The notes under the pieces: generated by a model
The model's input: the letters and a program-made list of their open reading frames with translations, nothing else
The model's database searches: none
What the model was told of the DNA's origin: nothing
Shown: positions 1 to 10,424 of the stretch, piece by piece
Layout: every line of letters starts with the position of its first letter
Numbering within the stretch: position 1 is the first letter of the stretch
Made by a program: the position numbers and the translations under genes
Sequence record: PQ511146.1
Length of the DNA: 64,000 bases
Strand: one strand, 5' to 3'
Source: Escherichia phage NHEP1

Positions 1-380
1 TGAGTTGCAGCTGTCCCACCAGAGATAGGAACTATCAAAGAGGTATTGTAGCCACCTTTTGCAATGGTCATTACGACATCGGTATCAGCTGCGGCAGCAA
101 TACCTTTAAAATCTACAGTGGTTTTTTCTTTGGCCTGTCTGCCGATCATAACATATTGTGGAGGGAATACACCACCAAAAGCTTTTGCTGCAAACTCATA
201 CGCTGCAGAGCCTTGTGCGAAACCATCTTCCACCATCTGATCCAGCTCCGCATATACGCGAGCTCGCTCAGTAAAGTTGTTGTGGATAGCGATGAACAGG
301 GGAGTTTCGAAACCTACAGTGTCAATAGGTTGGGTTCCGAGGTTAACTGTAACATCTACCACTTTATCTAAATATGGCAT
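1..380 (-). CDS. virion structural protein, N-terminal 126 codons (tail sheath or major tail protein candidate); gene runs off the window edge
   Basis: Own minus-strand translation: ATG at 378-380 preceded by AAGAGGAAA, frame open to nt 1 (MPYLDKVVDVTVNLGTQPIDTVGFETPLF...). Absent from ORF track because no stop in window. Position after head-tail joining genes. Confidence 0.45.
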   Translation of the reverse strand, partial: MPYLDKVVDVTVNLGTQPIDTVGFETPLFIAIHNNFTERARVYAELDQMVEDGFAQGSAAYEFAAKAFGGVFPPQYVMIGRQAKEKTTVDFKGIAAAADTDVVMTIAKGGYNTSLIVPISGGTAAT

Positions 381-452
381 TTGTTTCCTCTTAATATCTG
401 TGCACGGATATCAAACACGCAGTGTAATCATTACACTACACAATTATAACGA

Positions 453-1004
453 TTACTGACCACTGTCTGTAACCGATTTATCAGAATTGGGTGAAGGGAA
501 GTGTGTGGTTATTTCAGCCTTAATTCCCTGAAGATCCTCAAAAGCCCCAATGTCTGTCTCAACAAACCTTACGTTAAAAGTCAGCATTACCGTGGCTCTA
601 TTTTCATACGTCTGCTTATTCAACGGCACTCTTTGAGGTGAGATTGTTGAATTGTTAGAGTAGGCAAAGCACGATCCCAGAGGGAAATACTTGTCATAAA
701 ACATTGGAAGGTTTATTGCTTGCAATACTCTGCTAAGTGCAGCATATGCCCTGCCGCGATAAGCTGTTAACAGATAAGTAACAGTGTAACTGTGGGTGAC
801 GTAAGCATTACCCTCCGCATCTTGAAACTCATTATCTTCCCAAGTGGTGGGATTGATCGCCAGGGTTTGCAAAAGTACAAACTCACCTTCCGGCTTCGGT
901 ATGGTAGAGCTTTCTGCCAGAACTACAGTTCTTCCTGTGGCAACCTTGACAAGCTTAGCGATGGTTGTTTCAAGATCAGAAAAAACTTTTTCGAAAGCTT
1001 CCAT
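453..1004 (-). CDS. head-tail joining / tail completion protein (hypothetical)
   Basis: 183-aa ORF in co-directional late block; start overlaps upstream stop (TGATG at 1002-1006). No diagnostic motif. Confidence 0.4.
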   Translation of the reverse strand: MEAFEKVFSDLETTIAKLVKVATGRTVVLAESSTIPKPEGEFVLLQTLAINPTTWEDNEFQDAEGNAYVTHSYTVTYLLTAYRGRAYAALSRVLQAINLPMFYDKYFPLGSCFAYSNNSTISPQRVPLNKQTYENRATVMLTFNVRFVETDIGAFEDLQGIKAEITTHFPSPNSDKSVTDSGQ

Positions 1005-1429
1005 CAGTTTTCTCCTTCAGGCTCTTCTACCACAAAAAATCTGTATCTTCCACCACCAGACGTGACATAAGAATCGCATTTTAAAACGGTAAACCACTTC
1101 AGGTCACCACGGATGTCAGGCAGTTGAATTTGATCAGCCATTGCATATGTTCCTTCGTCTGGACTATACAACTTGGTTGAGGAGTAAACTGTAAAAGCCT
1201 CGTACTGTCTGTCACCCTCAGGATTTATCTGGGAGGAGTAATCTTTAGCTGCTCTTCCTGTCAACGGCTGCACAACACACTCTAAGACATCAAACTCTTC
1301 ATACTCAAGTTCTAACCCCTCGTTAGCAAAAGGACTGCCAACTGTTTTGTTATACACTCTGTGGCGACCTTTGAATGTTTTACGAGGTATTAGCCTGTTC
1401 TTTCCTATCAGCTTATAACCTGCTGCCAC
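1004..1429 (-). CDS. head-tail joining protein (hypothetical)
   Basis: 141-aa ORF, tightly packed in late block, translationally coupled to downstream gene. Confidence 0.4.
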   Translation of the reverse strand: MAAGYKLIGKNRLIPRKTFKGRHRVYNKTVGSPFANEGLELEYEEFDVLECVVQPLTGRAAKDYSSQINPEGDRQYEAFTVYSSTKLYSPDEGTYAMADQIQLPDIRGDLKWFTVLKCDSYVTSGGGRYRFFVVEEPEGEN

Positions 1430-1448
1430 TCAACCACCCCCTTATTTT

Positions 1449-1919
1449 TTACTGTCCAATTTTAAAGGTTGCAGATTCAAGCAGCACATCGTAATGCCGC
1501 ATAGCCTCGTTGAAGCCCTTCTCTTGTGCCCACTGCTCACTAACAGTAGGGTTACTAAACTGACCAGCCTCAATAACAAACTGGATAGCTTTGGCCCCTG
1601 TGTCCCCCATCTGCCTAAGAACAGCCTCTGCACTTGATCCTCTAGCCATAGCTCTCAACAATTTTTCTGTCAAGGTCTGTAGTTGCGTGCTGTGAAATGC
1701 AAAGGCCGTCTCCATGAAATTGCGAACAGGCAGCCCGTTCCAACCGAAGTTGTGAATAGCTGCCAATGTTGCCATATTTAAGCCTGACGGGTGAGGTTCA
1801 TCATAAAAGCCGTAGGTTATTGTTTTGCTTTCAAGTTTCACAAGGTCTTTATAAAAGCGATCTAAACGCTTTAGGTTGAACCTTGTTTGACATTTAACCT
1901 TTAGCATTATATTCCTCAC
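1449..1919 (-). CDS. head completion / connector module protein (hypothetical)
   Basis: 156-aa ORF in morphogenesis block; start may be internal (M5). Confidence 0.4.
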   Translation of the reverse strand: MRNIMLKVKCQTRFNLKRLDRFYKDLVKLESKTITYGFYDEPHPSGLNMATLAAIHNFGWNGLPVRNFMETAFAFHSTQLQTLTEKLLRAMARGSSAEAVLRQMGDTGAKAIQFVIEAGQFSNPTVSEQWAQEKGFNEAMRHYDVLLESATFKIGQ

Positions 1920-1960
1920 TAATGTATTTTACCACAAAGATACATCAAAAGCAACAATTT

Positions 1961-2581
1961 TTAAAAACTGCGTTTGCGTCTTGGGTGGCGAGGAGGTTGA
2001 TTATTTAGACCACTAATAGGTGTAATCCCCTGAACATCGAAAGGGCCGTTACTGTTTTCATTAAATTTAACCCGAATTCCTTCGTCTACACGAACACCAC
2101 CAATGATAATCATTCTGCTATAAGCATCTAGCTCAGAGTCTACATAATCTGGGTGTGCCAGCAGCCAATCAAGAAAATCTTTCCACTGAGCGTAGGAAGA
2201 TCCACCACGAATCTCTATGGTCTCATCACCTATTTTTTCCAGACGAGAAGTTATACTTGCATTACCACTGGAAACTTCCTGCATCATCAGCCACCGCACA
2301 AGCTGCACAAGCACATTGTACTTAAGCAGGGGTAGCTTATCAGGGTCTGCCGGATAATTTAGTTTCAGCTTCTCCATGTCAAGGAATGTTTTAATTACCT
2401 CATCAGGGAGTGTTTCCTCATCAACATTGCCAAGCAATAACCTCATAATATCAATAAGAGGTTGGTCTGGATCAGGTTCCGGAGGCACAGGATCTTCTTT
2501 TGGTGGTTCTTCTGGGGTATCGACTACACCATCATGGTCAGGCGGTGACGGGATAATCTCTTCATCTTCATACCATGCCAT
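1961..2581 (-). CDS. virion morphogenesis protein with acidic Pro/Glu-rich N-terminus
   Basis: ORF 1961-2638 trimmed to ATG at 2579-2581 (MAWYEDEE...) with GAGG upstream; no motif recognised. Confidence 0.4.
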   Translation of the reverse strand: MAWYEDEEIIPSPPDHDGVVDTPEEPPKEDPVPPEPDPDQPLIDIMRLLLGNVDEETLPDEVIKTFLDMEKLKLNYPADPDKLPLLKYNVLVQLVRWLMMQEVSSGNASITSRLEKIGDETIEIRGGSSYAQWKDFLDWLLAHPDYVDSELDAYSRMIIIGGVRVDEGIRVKFNENSNGPFDVQGITPISGLNNQPPRHPRRKRSF

Positions 2582-2640
2582 TTGAAAATACCTCGTAAAA
2601 ATAAAGCCCCATTCCTGATTTGGAAGGGGCCTTAACAAAA

Positions 2641-3495
2641 TTATGCCAGTGCAGCCTCAAAATCTTTCATCATATTTTGGAAAGTTTTTGCCTTACTTAA
2701 GGTAACACCGTGCTCTTTAGCGAAGGTTTGTAGTGCATCTTTCGAACCACTCTTGTCATCTTCGTTGTTAAGAGCTGCGGCTTGCTGCAGTATGGCATCA
2801 ACATCGCCGTGAGAAGATCTTGATTCTTGTGCCTGTTCAGGATCCTGCTCAGTACCTTCCGTACCCTCAGGTGCGGTCGGACCTGGTGATTCCTCACTGC
2901 CACCACCAGGTTCAGTAGGGCCTACAGGTGGCTCCGGCTCTGGTTCAGGTTCTGGGGCTACTGTAGAAGTCAGCCCAAGATTTACAACCTGAGAACGTTT
3001 CTTAGGCCACTCAATGGTGAAAGTCTGGGTATCTTCTGCATAAGCAACATCGCATTGCTCATCGTTTATGGTCACTTTTTTGGGCATCCCTTCAGGGTCC
3101 CACAGATGACCTTCTGCCACTGAAACTTTGAAAGCGGCATCTACCTCTTTAAACACTGACGGGGTGAGTGTGATATTGACATCACCGCTTTGCAGTGTTA
3201 AAGTGCTTTCATCAAGGTTCTCTGTGAAGAACAGAAGAATAACACCCATACGGATAGTTGAAATACCAGTATCAATTGGCAGGCCTGTATGTTTTGCAAT
3301 CTTCTCGAAGAAGTCTACAATCGTTCTGCACGGATAGTGAACCCTGCCAATAACGAATTCTGTTGGTGGCAGCAGGGCTGATAAACCAACATTGATTTCT
3401 GGATTATATTGTGCTAAAAATTGATAAAAACTTAACTGATTGTTGAAAACTCTTAATAGAGGATCATACTCAACTGGATATACGGCTCTCTTCAC
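2641..3495 (-). CDS. structural protein with (PE)n low-complexity linker
   Basis: 284-aa ORF immediately downstream of the capsid gene; PEPEPEPEPP linker then Gly/Glu-rich segment. Confidence 0.4.
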   Translation of the reverse strand: MKRAVYPVEYDPLLRVFNNQLSFYQFLAQYNPEINVGLSALLPPTEFVIGRVHYPCRTIVDFFEKIAKHTGLPIDTGISTIRMGVILLFFTENLDESTLTLQSGDVNITLTPSVFKEVDAAFKVSVAEGHLWDPEGMPKKVTINDEQCDVAYAEDTQTFTIEWPKKRSQVVNLGLTSTVAPEPEPEPEPPVGPTEPGGGSEESPGPTAPEGTEGTEQDPEQAQESRSSHGDVDAILQQAAALNNEDDKSGSKDALQTFAKEHGVTLSKAKTFQNMMKDFEAALA

Positions 3496-3516
3496 GGGAC
3501 ACTCCTGTTAAACCCT

Positions 3517-3551
3517 AATAAATAAAAAGGGGAGGGGAGAACCCCCTCCCC
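3517..3551 (-). terminator. rho-independent terminator after major capsid gene
   Basis: Plus strand GGGGAGGGG(3529-3537)-AGAAC-CCCCTCCCC(3543-3551) with A-tract 3521-3528, i.e. a 9-bp GC stem followed by a U-tract on the minus strand. Confidence 0.65.
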
Positions 3552-3575
3552 ATATGGGATGAATCACCTTAGTGA

Positions 3576-4586
3576 TTAGCCACCGTTTTTCAGAGTTGCT
3601 TTAACAACCAGCTCTGGGCGGGTGTTAACTGCCAGCATAGAAGTTTCAGATTCAATCTTCTCTTCACGCAGGTATGCAGAGTGTTTATACCACATGTACA
3701 GTTCCTGTGCTGGAGTGTTTGCTTCGTTAACATCGTCTGCCGGAGCAAAGTGCAGCTGGAACATCTGATCAATACCCATCGGCAGAATGCGAGCTTCTTT
3801 CTTAGGAATATTGCCAGAGATATCTTCGATAAAGGTGATACCTTTATGTTCAAACACACGGTATACGCTGTCTTGACCGCCAGCACCCAGACGGCGACGC
3901 AGAGGTTCCTGAGCAGAGCCGTAATAGGTGTATGCCAGTTCTACCAGTGGGTGATGGGTAATAGCACTGAAGAACTCTGGTGAGCACAGAGCTACAATAC
4001 GATAGCCAGCTGCGTTATCACCAGCTTGCAGTGCGATGTGCAGACGAGCTTCTTCCAGAACCTCCATAGGATCCTGATCTGCTTTTGCAGGGTCGATCTC
4101 AACAGACTTCTGAGACACACCCCACAGAGTGTAGTAATCATACTGGCAGGTAGCGTCACCAGGCGCATAGGATTTACCCAGAATAGCCTGGAACAGCGCT
4201 TTCTCACGCAGTGCTTCATGAGAAACACGGATACGGCGAACAACGCGGGTTACTACATCCTGAACAGTTTTCGGAGCATCAGGGGTGAAGTAACGACGGA
4301 AGTTCTGAACATCTGCAGCAGTGATGCCTTTGTCCAGAGGGAAGAACGGGATGTTCAGGTTTTTAACCTGGGCACGTTCACTACCAACGTAGTTACGCTC
4401 ACCACCACGACGGCGTGCCGGAATGTCGGTTACAACTTCATCAACACGCTCGATCTGAGCAATTGTTGAGGTGCCGAGACGGGTTTCGAACAGATCCATA
4501 CCGGTAATCAGTCGGAATTGGCGCGGAACAAGGTCCAGAGTAGCACCTAAATCGACAATGCCAAATTCATCTTTACGAGTAATCAT
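3576..4586 (-). CDS. major capsid protein
   Basis: 336-aa ORF between scaffold/decoration genes and a strong terminator; lambda-like order terminase-portal-scaffold-(D-like)-capsid. Assigned by synteny and size, not by motif. Confidence 0.6.
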   Translation of the reverse strand: MITRKDEFGIVDLGATLDLVPRQFRLITGMDLFETRLGTSTIAQIERVDEVVTDIPARRRGGERNYVGSERAQVKNLNIPFFPLDKGITAADVQNFRRYFTPDAPKTVQDVVTRVVRRIRVSHEALREKALFQAILGKSYAPGDATCQYDYYTLWGVSQKSVEIDPAKADQDPMEVLEEARLHIALQAGDNAAGYRIVALCSPEFFSAITHHPLVELAYTYYGSAQEPLRRRLGAGGQDSVYRVFEHKGITFIEDISGNIPKKEARILPMGIDQMFQLHFAPADDVNEANTPAQELYMWYKHSAYLREEKIESETSMLAVNTRPELVVKATLKNGG

Positions 4587-4636
4587 TTATTTCTCCAAAG
4601 TAAAACTTAAATATTTCCCGAACAATTTAGGGCTTA

Positions 4637-5023
4637 TTATTCACCAACAGTTTGGACGTGAACTTTGTTACCAAGGGCCTCAAGCTTGTCTAACACAGCC
4701 TGTGCTGCTTTAGCTCCATCTGCACCTAACAGCATGTCTTTTGCAAAGGTAACACCGTGAACGGCAACAACCAGGTTATAGGATTGACCAACTTCTAACG
4801 GTTTTGCAAGATGAACCGTACCAGCATCTTTGACAAGAGCACGGTCAACAAGAACGCCGTACACATCAGAACCGTCTGCGTTAGCGATGGTCCCAGTTTT
4901 TGTTACAACAGTACCAGCGTGGTGATGCTCTGTCAGTGTTACCTTGATTTCTTTAAAATTGTAGCCAGCATCGCTAGAATCAACTTTGCCGAGCACGATA
5001 TCAGAATATTGAGCGGTAATCAT
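4637..5023 (-). CDS. head decoration / accessory capsid protein candidate
   Basis: 128-aa ORF directly upstream of the capsid gene (position of lambda D); no sequence-level support. Confidence 0.35.
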   Translation of the reverse strand: MITAQYSDIVLGKVDSSDAGYNFKEIKVTLTEHHHAGTVVTKTGTIANADGSDVYGVLVDRALVKDAGTVHLAKPLEVGQSYNLVVAVHGVTFAKDMLLGADGAKAAQAVLDKLEALGNKVHVQTVGE

Positions 5024-5043
5024 TTATTTCCCCCGTTAATGTC

Positions 5044-6021
5044 TTATTTGGTAGATTCTGCACGTGCACGAGCAAGTGCTTTTGCAACGTTTTCAGCAAG
5101 AATTTCTTCTGCGGATTTTGCAATATCATCCACAACAGGTTCGCCATCATTACCATGTTCAGTGGTGGCAAACTCTTCTTTGGTTTTATGCACCTCTGCT
5201 TCCAGCTCTTTAATTTTGGCTTGAGCTTTCTCCAGCATAGCTACGATAGGTTCGTTAGCTTTTTCCAGCATGAAGTCAACCAGGGTTGCATGATCTTCTT
5301 CACCAACAAAGCTTAAAGCTTGAGCTTTAGCCAGCATTTTAGCTTTTTCAACTTCAACCTGGGCCTTGATGATTTCTTCAGCTTTACTCTGGGTTGCTTT
5401 CAGCTCTTCTACTTGCTTCAGCAGATCCAGATACTCTTTAGTTTTGGTTACGTCCACCGGATTCTCCTCGGTATTTGCGGATTTTGCAACATCATCCACC
5501 TCGGTAGTTTTATCCACCTCAGTAGGTTCCTGTACCGCCTTGATCAGGTTCCCTTCTTTATCGAAGAGATCAGCGGTTACTTGTTCAAAAATCTGTTGTG
5601 TTTTTAACAGGCTGTACTGATCTACCACGCTAAGCTGCTTGCCTTCTTTTGCAGCTTTATGAATGGTCACGTTATCACAACGCTCTTCCAGCCATGCAAT
5701 GCAAGACTCTGCGTCAGCTTGCGCCCATTCCCAATCAGGATGCTCTTTAGCCCAAGCTTCCTCTTCAATCTCAAAACCAAGCATGTGTGCAAGTGCCTTG
5801 GCATCGTCATACCACATATCGAAGAAACGACGCAGGTATTCTTCAAAACTCAGCTCCACAGTAACTTGGCGAAGTGCCTTAACAATATCGTCTGTTAACT
5901 GCTCAGGCTGAAGATCACTCTTCATCAAAAGAGATACAGGTCTGTTGTTAGCGCTATAGCCTTGCGCCTTATGGCACAGGGCAATCCCCTTCTCTTTAAT
6001 AGTGATTGTTTTTTCAGACAT
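5044..6021 (-). CDS. capsid scaffolding protein
   Basis: 325-aa acidic protein with long predicted coiled coil (EELKATQSKAEEIIKAQVEVEKAKMLAKAQ) between portal and capsid genes. Confidence 0.5.
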   Translation of the reverse strand: MSEKTITIKEKGIALCHKAQGYSANNRPVSLLMKSDLQPEQLTDDIVKALRQVTVELSFEEYLRRFFDMWYDDAKALAHMLGFEIEEEAWAKEHPDWEWAQADAESCIAWLEERCDNVTIHKAAKEGKQLSVVDQYSLLKTQQIFEQVTADLFDKEGNLIKAVQEPTEVDKTTEVDDVAKSANTEENPVDVTKTKEYLDLLKQVEELKATQSKAEEIIKAQVEVEKAKMLAKAQALSFVGEEDHATLVDFMLEKANEPIVAMLEKAQAKIKELEAEVHKTKEEFATTEHGNDGEPVVDDIAKSAEEILAENVAKALARARAESTK

Positions 6022-6440
6022 TATTCATTGCCCTCTTCTACAACACTGATCCCGAAATTTACGTTGGTAATTTCGCCCGTCTCTTCATCAACATTGCCTG
6101 TTGCCTGAATGCTTAGGCCACCAACAATGCCAGCCTTCTTAGCTTCCCATAATTCAGGATTATTGTATTTAACTTTAGCAACCCAAGAGCCAGCCTTGAT
6201 GACCTGCTCAGTACCAATTACTACAACATCAAACTCTTCTTGAATCCACGTCTTTTCAATAGTGAAAGCATCCGTAGAGGTCAAGTGGAAAAGGTTTTCA
6301 GAAACTAGGCCTGCGGCGTATGCTGCGTCCCAATTATCTTTAGCCTTTTTGATGGTGTCTTTACTCATCCACTCACCGTGAGCGTCTTTAGTGTCCGGTT
6401 CGTAGATGATTTCGTAGGAAATCATTTCTTCCTGTGGCAT
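6021..6440 (-). CDS. head morphogenesis protein (possible prohead protease)
   Basis: ORF 6021-6596 trimmed to internal ATG (6438-6440) to clear the portal stop at 6508; sits between portal and scaffold. Function inferred from position only. Confidence 0.3.
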   Translation of the reverse strand: MPQEEMISYEIIYEPDTKDAHGEWMSKDTIKKAKDNWDAAYAAGLVSENLFHLTSTDAFTIEKTWIQEEFDVVVIGTEQVIKAGSWVAKVKYNNPELWEAKKAGIVGGLSIQATGNVDEETGEITNVNFGISVVEEGNE

Positions 6441-6507
6441 CTTATTCCCCATGTGGATTATTTTATCACGCCAAAGGAGGTTTTGCAACCCCCTGCGTTG
6501 ATAATTT

Positions 6508-8064
6508 TTAATTTTCCATATTGGATATGGAATTATCTCTGGTTGATGACATCTTAGAAGTGCCGTTGCCAGTGGATCCTGCAGCCATACCATCACCAGC
6601 CCTGCTGATATCCTGGCCTAAAAGCTTCATCAGCTCTTCTTGATCCATGTCTTCGTCAAATCTTTCATCAAACCCGCCTACTTCAAGAATCTTATTAATT
6701 ACTGCAGGAGTTTTTGGCAAGTAACCTACAGCACCGATCCTCTGGACAAACTTGGAGAAGCTCTCCATGTCCACTTCTTCAATCAGACCAGGTTTCAGTT
6801 TAGGCATATCATCATCTTCAAGGATGATACCATTCAATGCCAGAAGCTGTGGAATAAGATCTTTATTGAAGGCCTCAGTGATAATATCTATATCACGCTG
6901 AACAAAATGCCCATGGATGGATTGTTTTGACTCAGACAGAGAGAAGGACCCAACGTTATCGTTACCAAGGTTAATAAAGCCAGCACCGAAACGGTCAAGA
7001 ATCGCCTTCTTACGGGCATCAATCAAATCTTTAGTGGAATACTGCTTACCCATACCATCAACCCCCTTCAGGGTCATGGAGTAAAGCTCTTTACCAGACT
7101 TATCTCTATCAGACGGAAGTATAAAGAAACTTTGCTCCCCACTATGGGCGTTTGCTGCGTCCAACATAAGATCTGCAACCATTCTCCCTTCCATCGAATT
7201 CGGGTCAATGCTGGCCTTGTTCAAAATATTGGAAGGAATTTTCAGCTCAAGCACACCACCAAGGTCTTTGGAGCAGCCAACAACCTCAAGGTTTTCAATC
7301 AAAACTTTCTCACGGAAAGATCTGTAGCAACCTATCATCGGTGACACACCTGCAGGATTAGATTCTGTTCCTGACAGAGTCATGAGCATAAGCTTTTTAG
7401 CAGGGATGAAAATTTCAGGCTCATTAAAGCCTTTTGAAGGCATTGCAGCGAGAGGTCCAGCCCAGCGTGCATTCTGAGTGTTTAGAAATGCATTAGGTGA
7501 CTGATAAATACCTGTCAGTGTTCTGCTATTCTTGTCAAAGACAAACGGCTCTGATCTGGACAAACTGGCCTGTGGTCGGAATGCAATTTTATCAATAAGA
7601 AGCATCCCGGCATATTTACCTTCTTTCTCTCTGCGGTATACTTTCTCAAACAGTGAAAAACCATACTCGTTAAAGGTAGCTGCGCTTCTTGCAATATCTC
7701 GAAGAGTTTGTTGGTTTGCCAAATTACGCAAAGAATACTCTATAAGCTCGGCGGCTTTCTTAGAGTCTTCACTTTTAACATTATAAAGGATCTTAAAATC
7801 ATTGAATGCTTTCGTGATGAAAACATATTTTGTATCTAAGGCAGTAGCAACTGTGGAATCACATTTCATAGTCTCCACTGTGGCAATCAGCTGAGGCCAA
7901 CGCAATTCCTCAACCATCATAGATTGTGATTCTGCCATAATTTGGGAAAGTGCGCCAGAACCGATCTCACTCATACGAACATTATGAGTTGGTGCGCCTG
8001 CGTTCCCAGATTTATTCACAGTTTTGGCTGTGGCGTTGTGTTTCCTGCGGTTCTTTTTGGACAC
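6508..8064 (-). CDS. portal protein
   Basis: 518-aa ORF immediately downstream of large terminase; size and position typical of portal. No motif check possible. Confidence 0.6.
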   Translation of the reverse strand: MSKKNRRKHNATAKTVNKSGNAGAPTHNVRMSEIGSGALSQIMAESQSMMVEELRWPQLIATVETMKCDSTVATALDTKYVFITKAFNDFKILYNVKSEDSKKAAELIEYSLRNLANQQTLRDIARSAATFNEYGFSLFEKVYRREKEGKYAGMLLIDKIAFRPQASLSRSEPFVFDKNSRTLTGIYQSPNAFLNTQNARWAGPLAAMPSKGFNEPEIFIPAKKLMLMTLSGTESNPAGVSPMIGCYRSFREKVLIENLEVVGCSKDLGGVLELKIPSNILNKASIDPNSMEGRMVADLMLDAANAHSGEQSFFILPSDRDKSGKELYSMTLKGVDGMGKQYSTKDLIDARKKAILDRFGAGFINLGNDNVGSFSLSESKQSIHGHFVQRDIDIITEAFNKDLIPQLLALNGIILEDDDMPKLKPGLIEEVDMESFSKFVQRIGAVGYLPKTPAVINKILEVGGFDERFDEDMDQEELMKLLGQDISRAGDGMAAGSTGNGTSKMSSTRDNSISNMEN

Positions 8065-8166
8065 AAGCTTTACCCCTCAAAACAGTATAACAAAATAGCC
8101 CTCGTGTTAGAGGGCCAGTATCTCCGATTACTCTATTCTACCACATCTAATTAAGATTGGCAACAC

Positions 8167-9714
8167 TTAGATAAAACGCTTGAACATAGAAGGTGATGAG
8201 ATTGATGGAATCACACAAGGCAGCGCTACCTCCTCTTTCTCCAGGAAATTAATCGCAGAAGCTACACAGTCGGCCCAGTCGTCTTTTCTGTTAAATGTTG
8301 ATCTTTCCCCGTTGAACTTTTCAAGTTCAGTTAGAAATGCTTCCAGAGTGTCAGGATGGAAACTGGATTTTACAATCCTCACCATTCCTTGTTGGGCAAG
8401 ATTGGCAAAGGGTGAGAACCTTGTCAGTTTAGATTTGTTGGAAGGCATTGGATCTTCTTCAACCCTGAACCCTTCGGCGAGCAAGGATCTGGACGAGGTT
8501 AAGAACTCACTCTTACCTGCCTGACCGGGGTCCACAGAAAATACGATTATGCAATCATCTCCATCAAACTGCGCCTGTTTCCTGATGATCACATCTCGTT
8601 CCCCAGCCTTTTTACAGAACTTTCCTTCCAGACCTGTGGAATACCTACCGTCATCCACGTTCTCAGGACAATAATCCCCGGACAGGTAATAAAAGCCGTC
8701 GCTATCTTTACTTACCTTAACACTGGCGGTAAAGTCAGGAAATTTATTACCGGAAGTTCTCTCGGTTCCTGCTTTATCCCATGCCCTGCAAGATACTGAT
8801 CCAAGAGGTACTCTATCGGCATCACGAAGGAAAGATCTTTGGAAATAGTTTGCACCCTCAGGTTTGGCAAACCAGTTGCCATGAAGAAGCTGGGCTTTTT
8901 CAAGCTCGGGTAGACCTTCAAGGAAAGCAAGGTATTCTGGGTTGTCTCTCAAGCAGACAGGATTATCGAAAATTGTTGCGCCTATAAACGAGAATGACAA
9001 CGGTCTTGGCTTGATCTCCACACCCAGTCCGTTAACCGTGGTGTATTTCTCTATTAACTCCTCTTTAGAGTCTCCCCAGATAAACTCACCGTCGCGTCGG
9101 ATAAAATATCTTTTCTTACCACATTTCTCCGGGTCTGGATACCCTTCATCGTCCAACCACCACCTAACCAGTTTGGCAAGCATGTGTTCTGAGTCGGGGT
9201 TACAGCTGATAACCATTCTTGATGGATACTTTGACTGAGATCGCAGACGAGACATCAAATAGTCTATCTGCTCCCATTCGAATTGCGTGCCTTCATCGAA
9301 GCAAACCATGGTGTACTCAAGGCCTTGATGGTTAAGCTTATCTTGGACATACTCCATGTGGCAGTATTTTACAACGGCCCCTTTTTTGCTCCTGTCCCAC
9401 TTGCCAGTGCTCGGATCAAACCGTGGAAAAATAAACTTATGATCCTTCTCTCTGAACTTTGGTTTAATGTTTTCAGGCAGATCACTGTAAATAGCTACTG
9501 CTTTAGGCCATAGACCACCCTCACCTTCCAACTGTGGAGTTGTTCTTCGGAACATAACCACAGAGCTGTGCGGGTCATCAATAATTTTAAGCGGCATTAG
9601 CTGCAAGAGGAACGACTTGCCAGACCCAGCTGCACCTCCGATCACCAAAATATCTGCATCGTTCTCTAGGATCATCTTCTGCTTTTCAGAACACGGTCCG
9701 TAAATCTTAGACAT
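8167..9714 (-). CDS. terminase large subunit
   Basis: 515 aa; N-terminal Walker A ILVIGGAAGSGKSF; size and placement ahead of portal. Confidence 0.85.
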   Translation of the reverse strand: MSKIYGPCSEKQKMILENDADILVIGGAAGSGKSFLLQLMPLKIIDDPHSSVVMFRRTTPQLEGEGGLWPKAVAIYSDLPENIKPKFREKDHKFIFPRFDPSTGKWDRSKKGAVVKYCHMEYVQDKLNHQGLEYTMVCFDEGTQFEWEQIDYLMSRLRSQSKYPSRMVISCNPDSEHMLAKLVRWWLDDEGYPDPEKCGKKRYFIRRDGEFIWGDSKEELIEKYTTVNGLGVEIKPRPLSFSFIGATIFDNPVCLRDNPEYLAFLEGLPELEKAQLLHGNWFAKPEGANYFQRSFLRDADRVPLGSVSCRAWDKAGTERTSGNKFPDFTASVKVSKDSDGFYYLSGDYCPENVDDGRYSTGLEGKFCKKAGERDVIIRKQAQFDGDDCIIVFSVDPGQAGKSEFLTSSRSLLAEGFRVEEDPMPSNKSKLTRFSPFANLAQQGMVRIVKSSFHPDTLEAFLTELEKFNGERSTFNRKDDWADCVASAINFLEKEEVALPCVIPSISSPSMFKRFI

Positions 9715-10001
9715 TAACCTCTCTCCTTTGGAAACAGTGTTCTTATATAGTCTTGCAAAATGATCAATTTAGCTCTATCATTACTACAAGACAGGTTATT
9801 ATCCCTCATAATGCCAGAATTCACCGCATCTGGCGCACCTTTCTTCAAAGGGATAGCTTTAGCAGGTGGTTTCATAGCACCCTCGGGAGGTTTAACAATC
9901 AACCTTCCTACATCCGGAGGGTCAATCCTGTATTCTCTCTCAACGCTGGTTGCACACCCACACAATAACAAGCACAAAACAACCAGTGCAGTAACTCTCA
10001 T
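9714..10001 (-). CDS. o-spanin (Rz1-like outer-membrane lipoprotein)
   Basis: Signal peptide plus lipobox-like LLLCGC, Pro-rich body, C-terminus ...PKERG resembling lambda Rz1 ...PSERG; 4-nt overlap with i-spanin ORF. Confidence 0.55.
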   Translation of the reverse strand: MRVTALVVLCLLLCGCATSVEREYRIDPPDVGRLIVKPPEGAMKPPAKAIPLKKGAPDAVNSGIMRDNNLSCSNDRAKLIILQDYIRTLFPKERG

Positions 10002-10396
10002 CGAACCTCCTGATTGATACTCTCATTATAAATATCTATTAGCTGATCAGGAAGTGTTGACTTCTTACCTTCAGGAGATTGGAGGTAGATAATCTGCTTT
10101 TCTTTACCTGCCTTCTCAGCCATATTTAATTTATCCTGTAGGTCAGAAAGAGATTTTTCAAGGTTTTTAACCTCCTCTGCGTGGCCCATTTTAATTTTGT
10201 CGGCCTGCTTTTGTTGTTGGTCAAGGATCCGTTCCCACTTTAACTCTGTTGCTGACACACCTTCCTGATAAGCATCATTGAGCTTAGAGTTAAACCAATA
10301 CACGGCACCAAGATAAGCCATGCCTATAGCCGCTGCAAAAACTAAACCTTTTATGATCCCTCTGTATTTACTCATCAATGTTAAAACTGAAATCAT
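9998..10396 (-). CDS. i-spanin (Rz-like)
   Basis: 132 aa; N-terminal transmembrane segment (GLVFAAAIGMAYLGAVYWF) then charged coiled-coil periplasmic domain; overlaps o-spanin ORF. Confidence 0.55.
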   Translation of the reverse strand: MISVLTLMSKYRGIIKGLVFAAAIGMAYLGAVYWFNSKLNDAYQEGVSATELKWERILDQQQKQADKIKMGHAEEVKNLEKSLSDLQDKLNMAEKAGKEKQIIYLQSPEGKKSTLPDQLIDIYNESINQEVR

Positions 10397-10424
10397 TTTA
10401 AGGCTCCAGAAACGAAAAAACCCC

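Noticed and set aside
156-459. Plus-strand ORFs 156-371 and 277-459
   Set aside because: They are antisense to a continuous minus-strand frame that starts at 380 with an RBS and fits the late-gene orientation.
1442-9513. Other antisense or overlapping shadow ORFs in the structural block (for example 1442-1633, 2697-2906, 4026-4469, 5659-5911, 8180-8524, 9283-9513)
   Set aside because: Each overlaps a longer, better-supported minus-strand gene and lacks an RBS; typical shadow ORFs.
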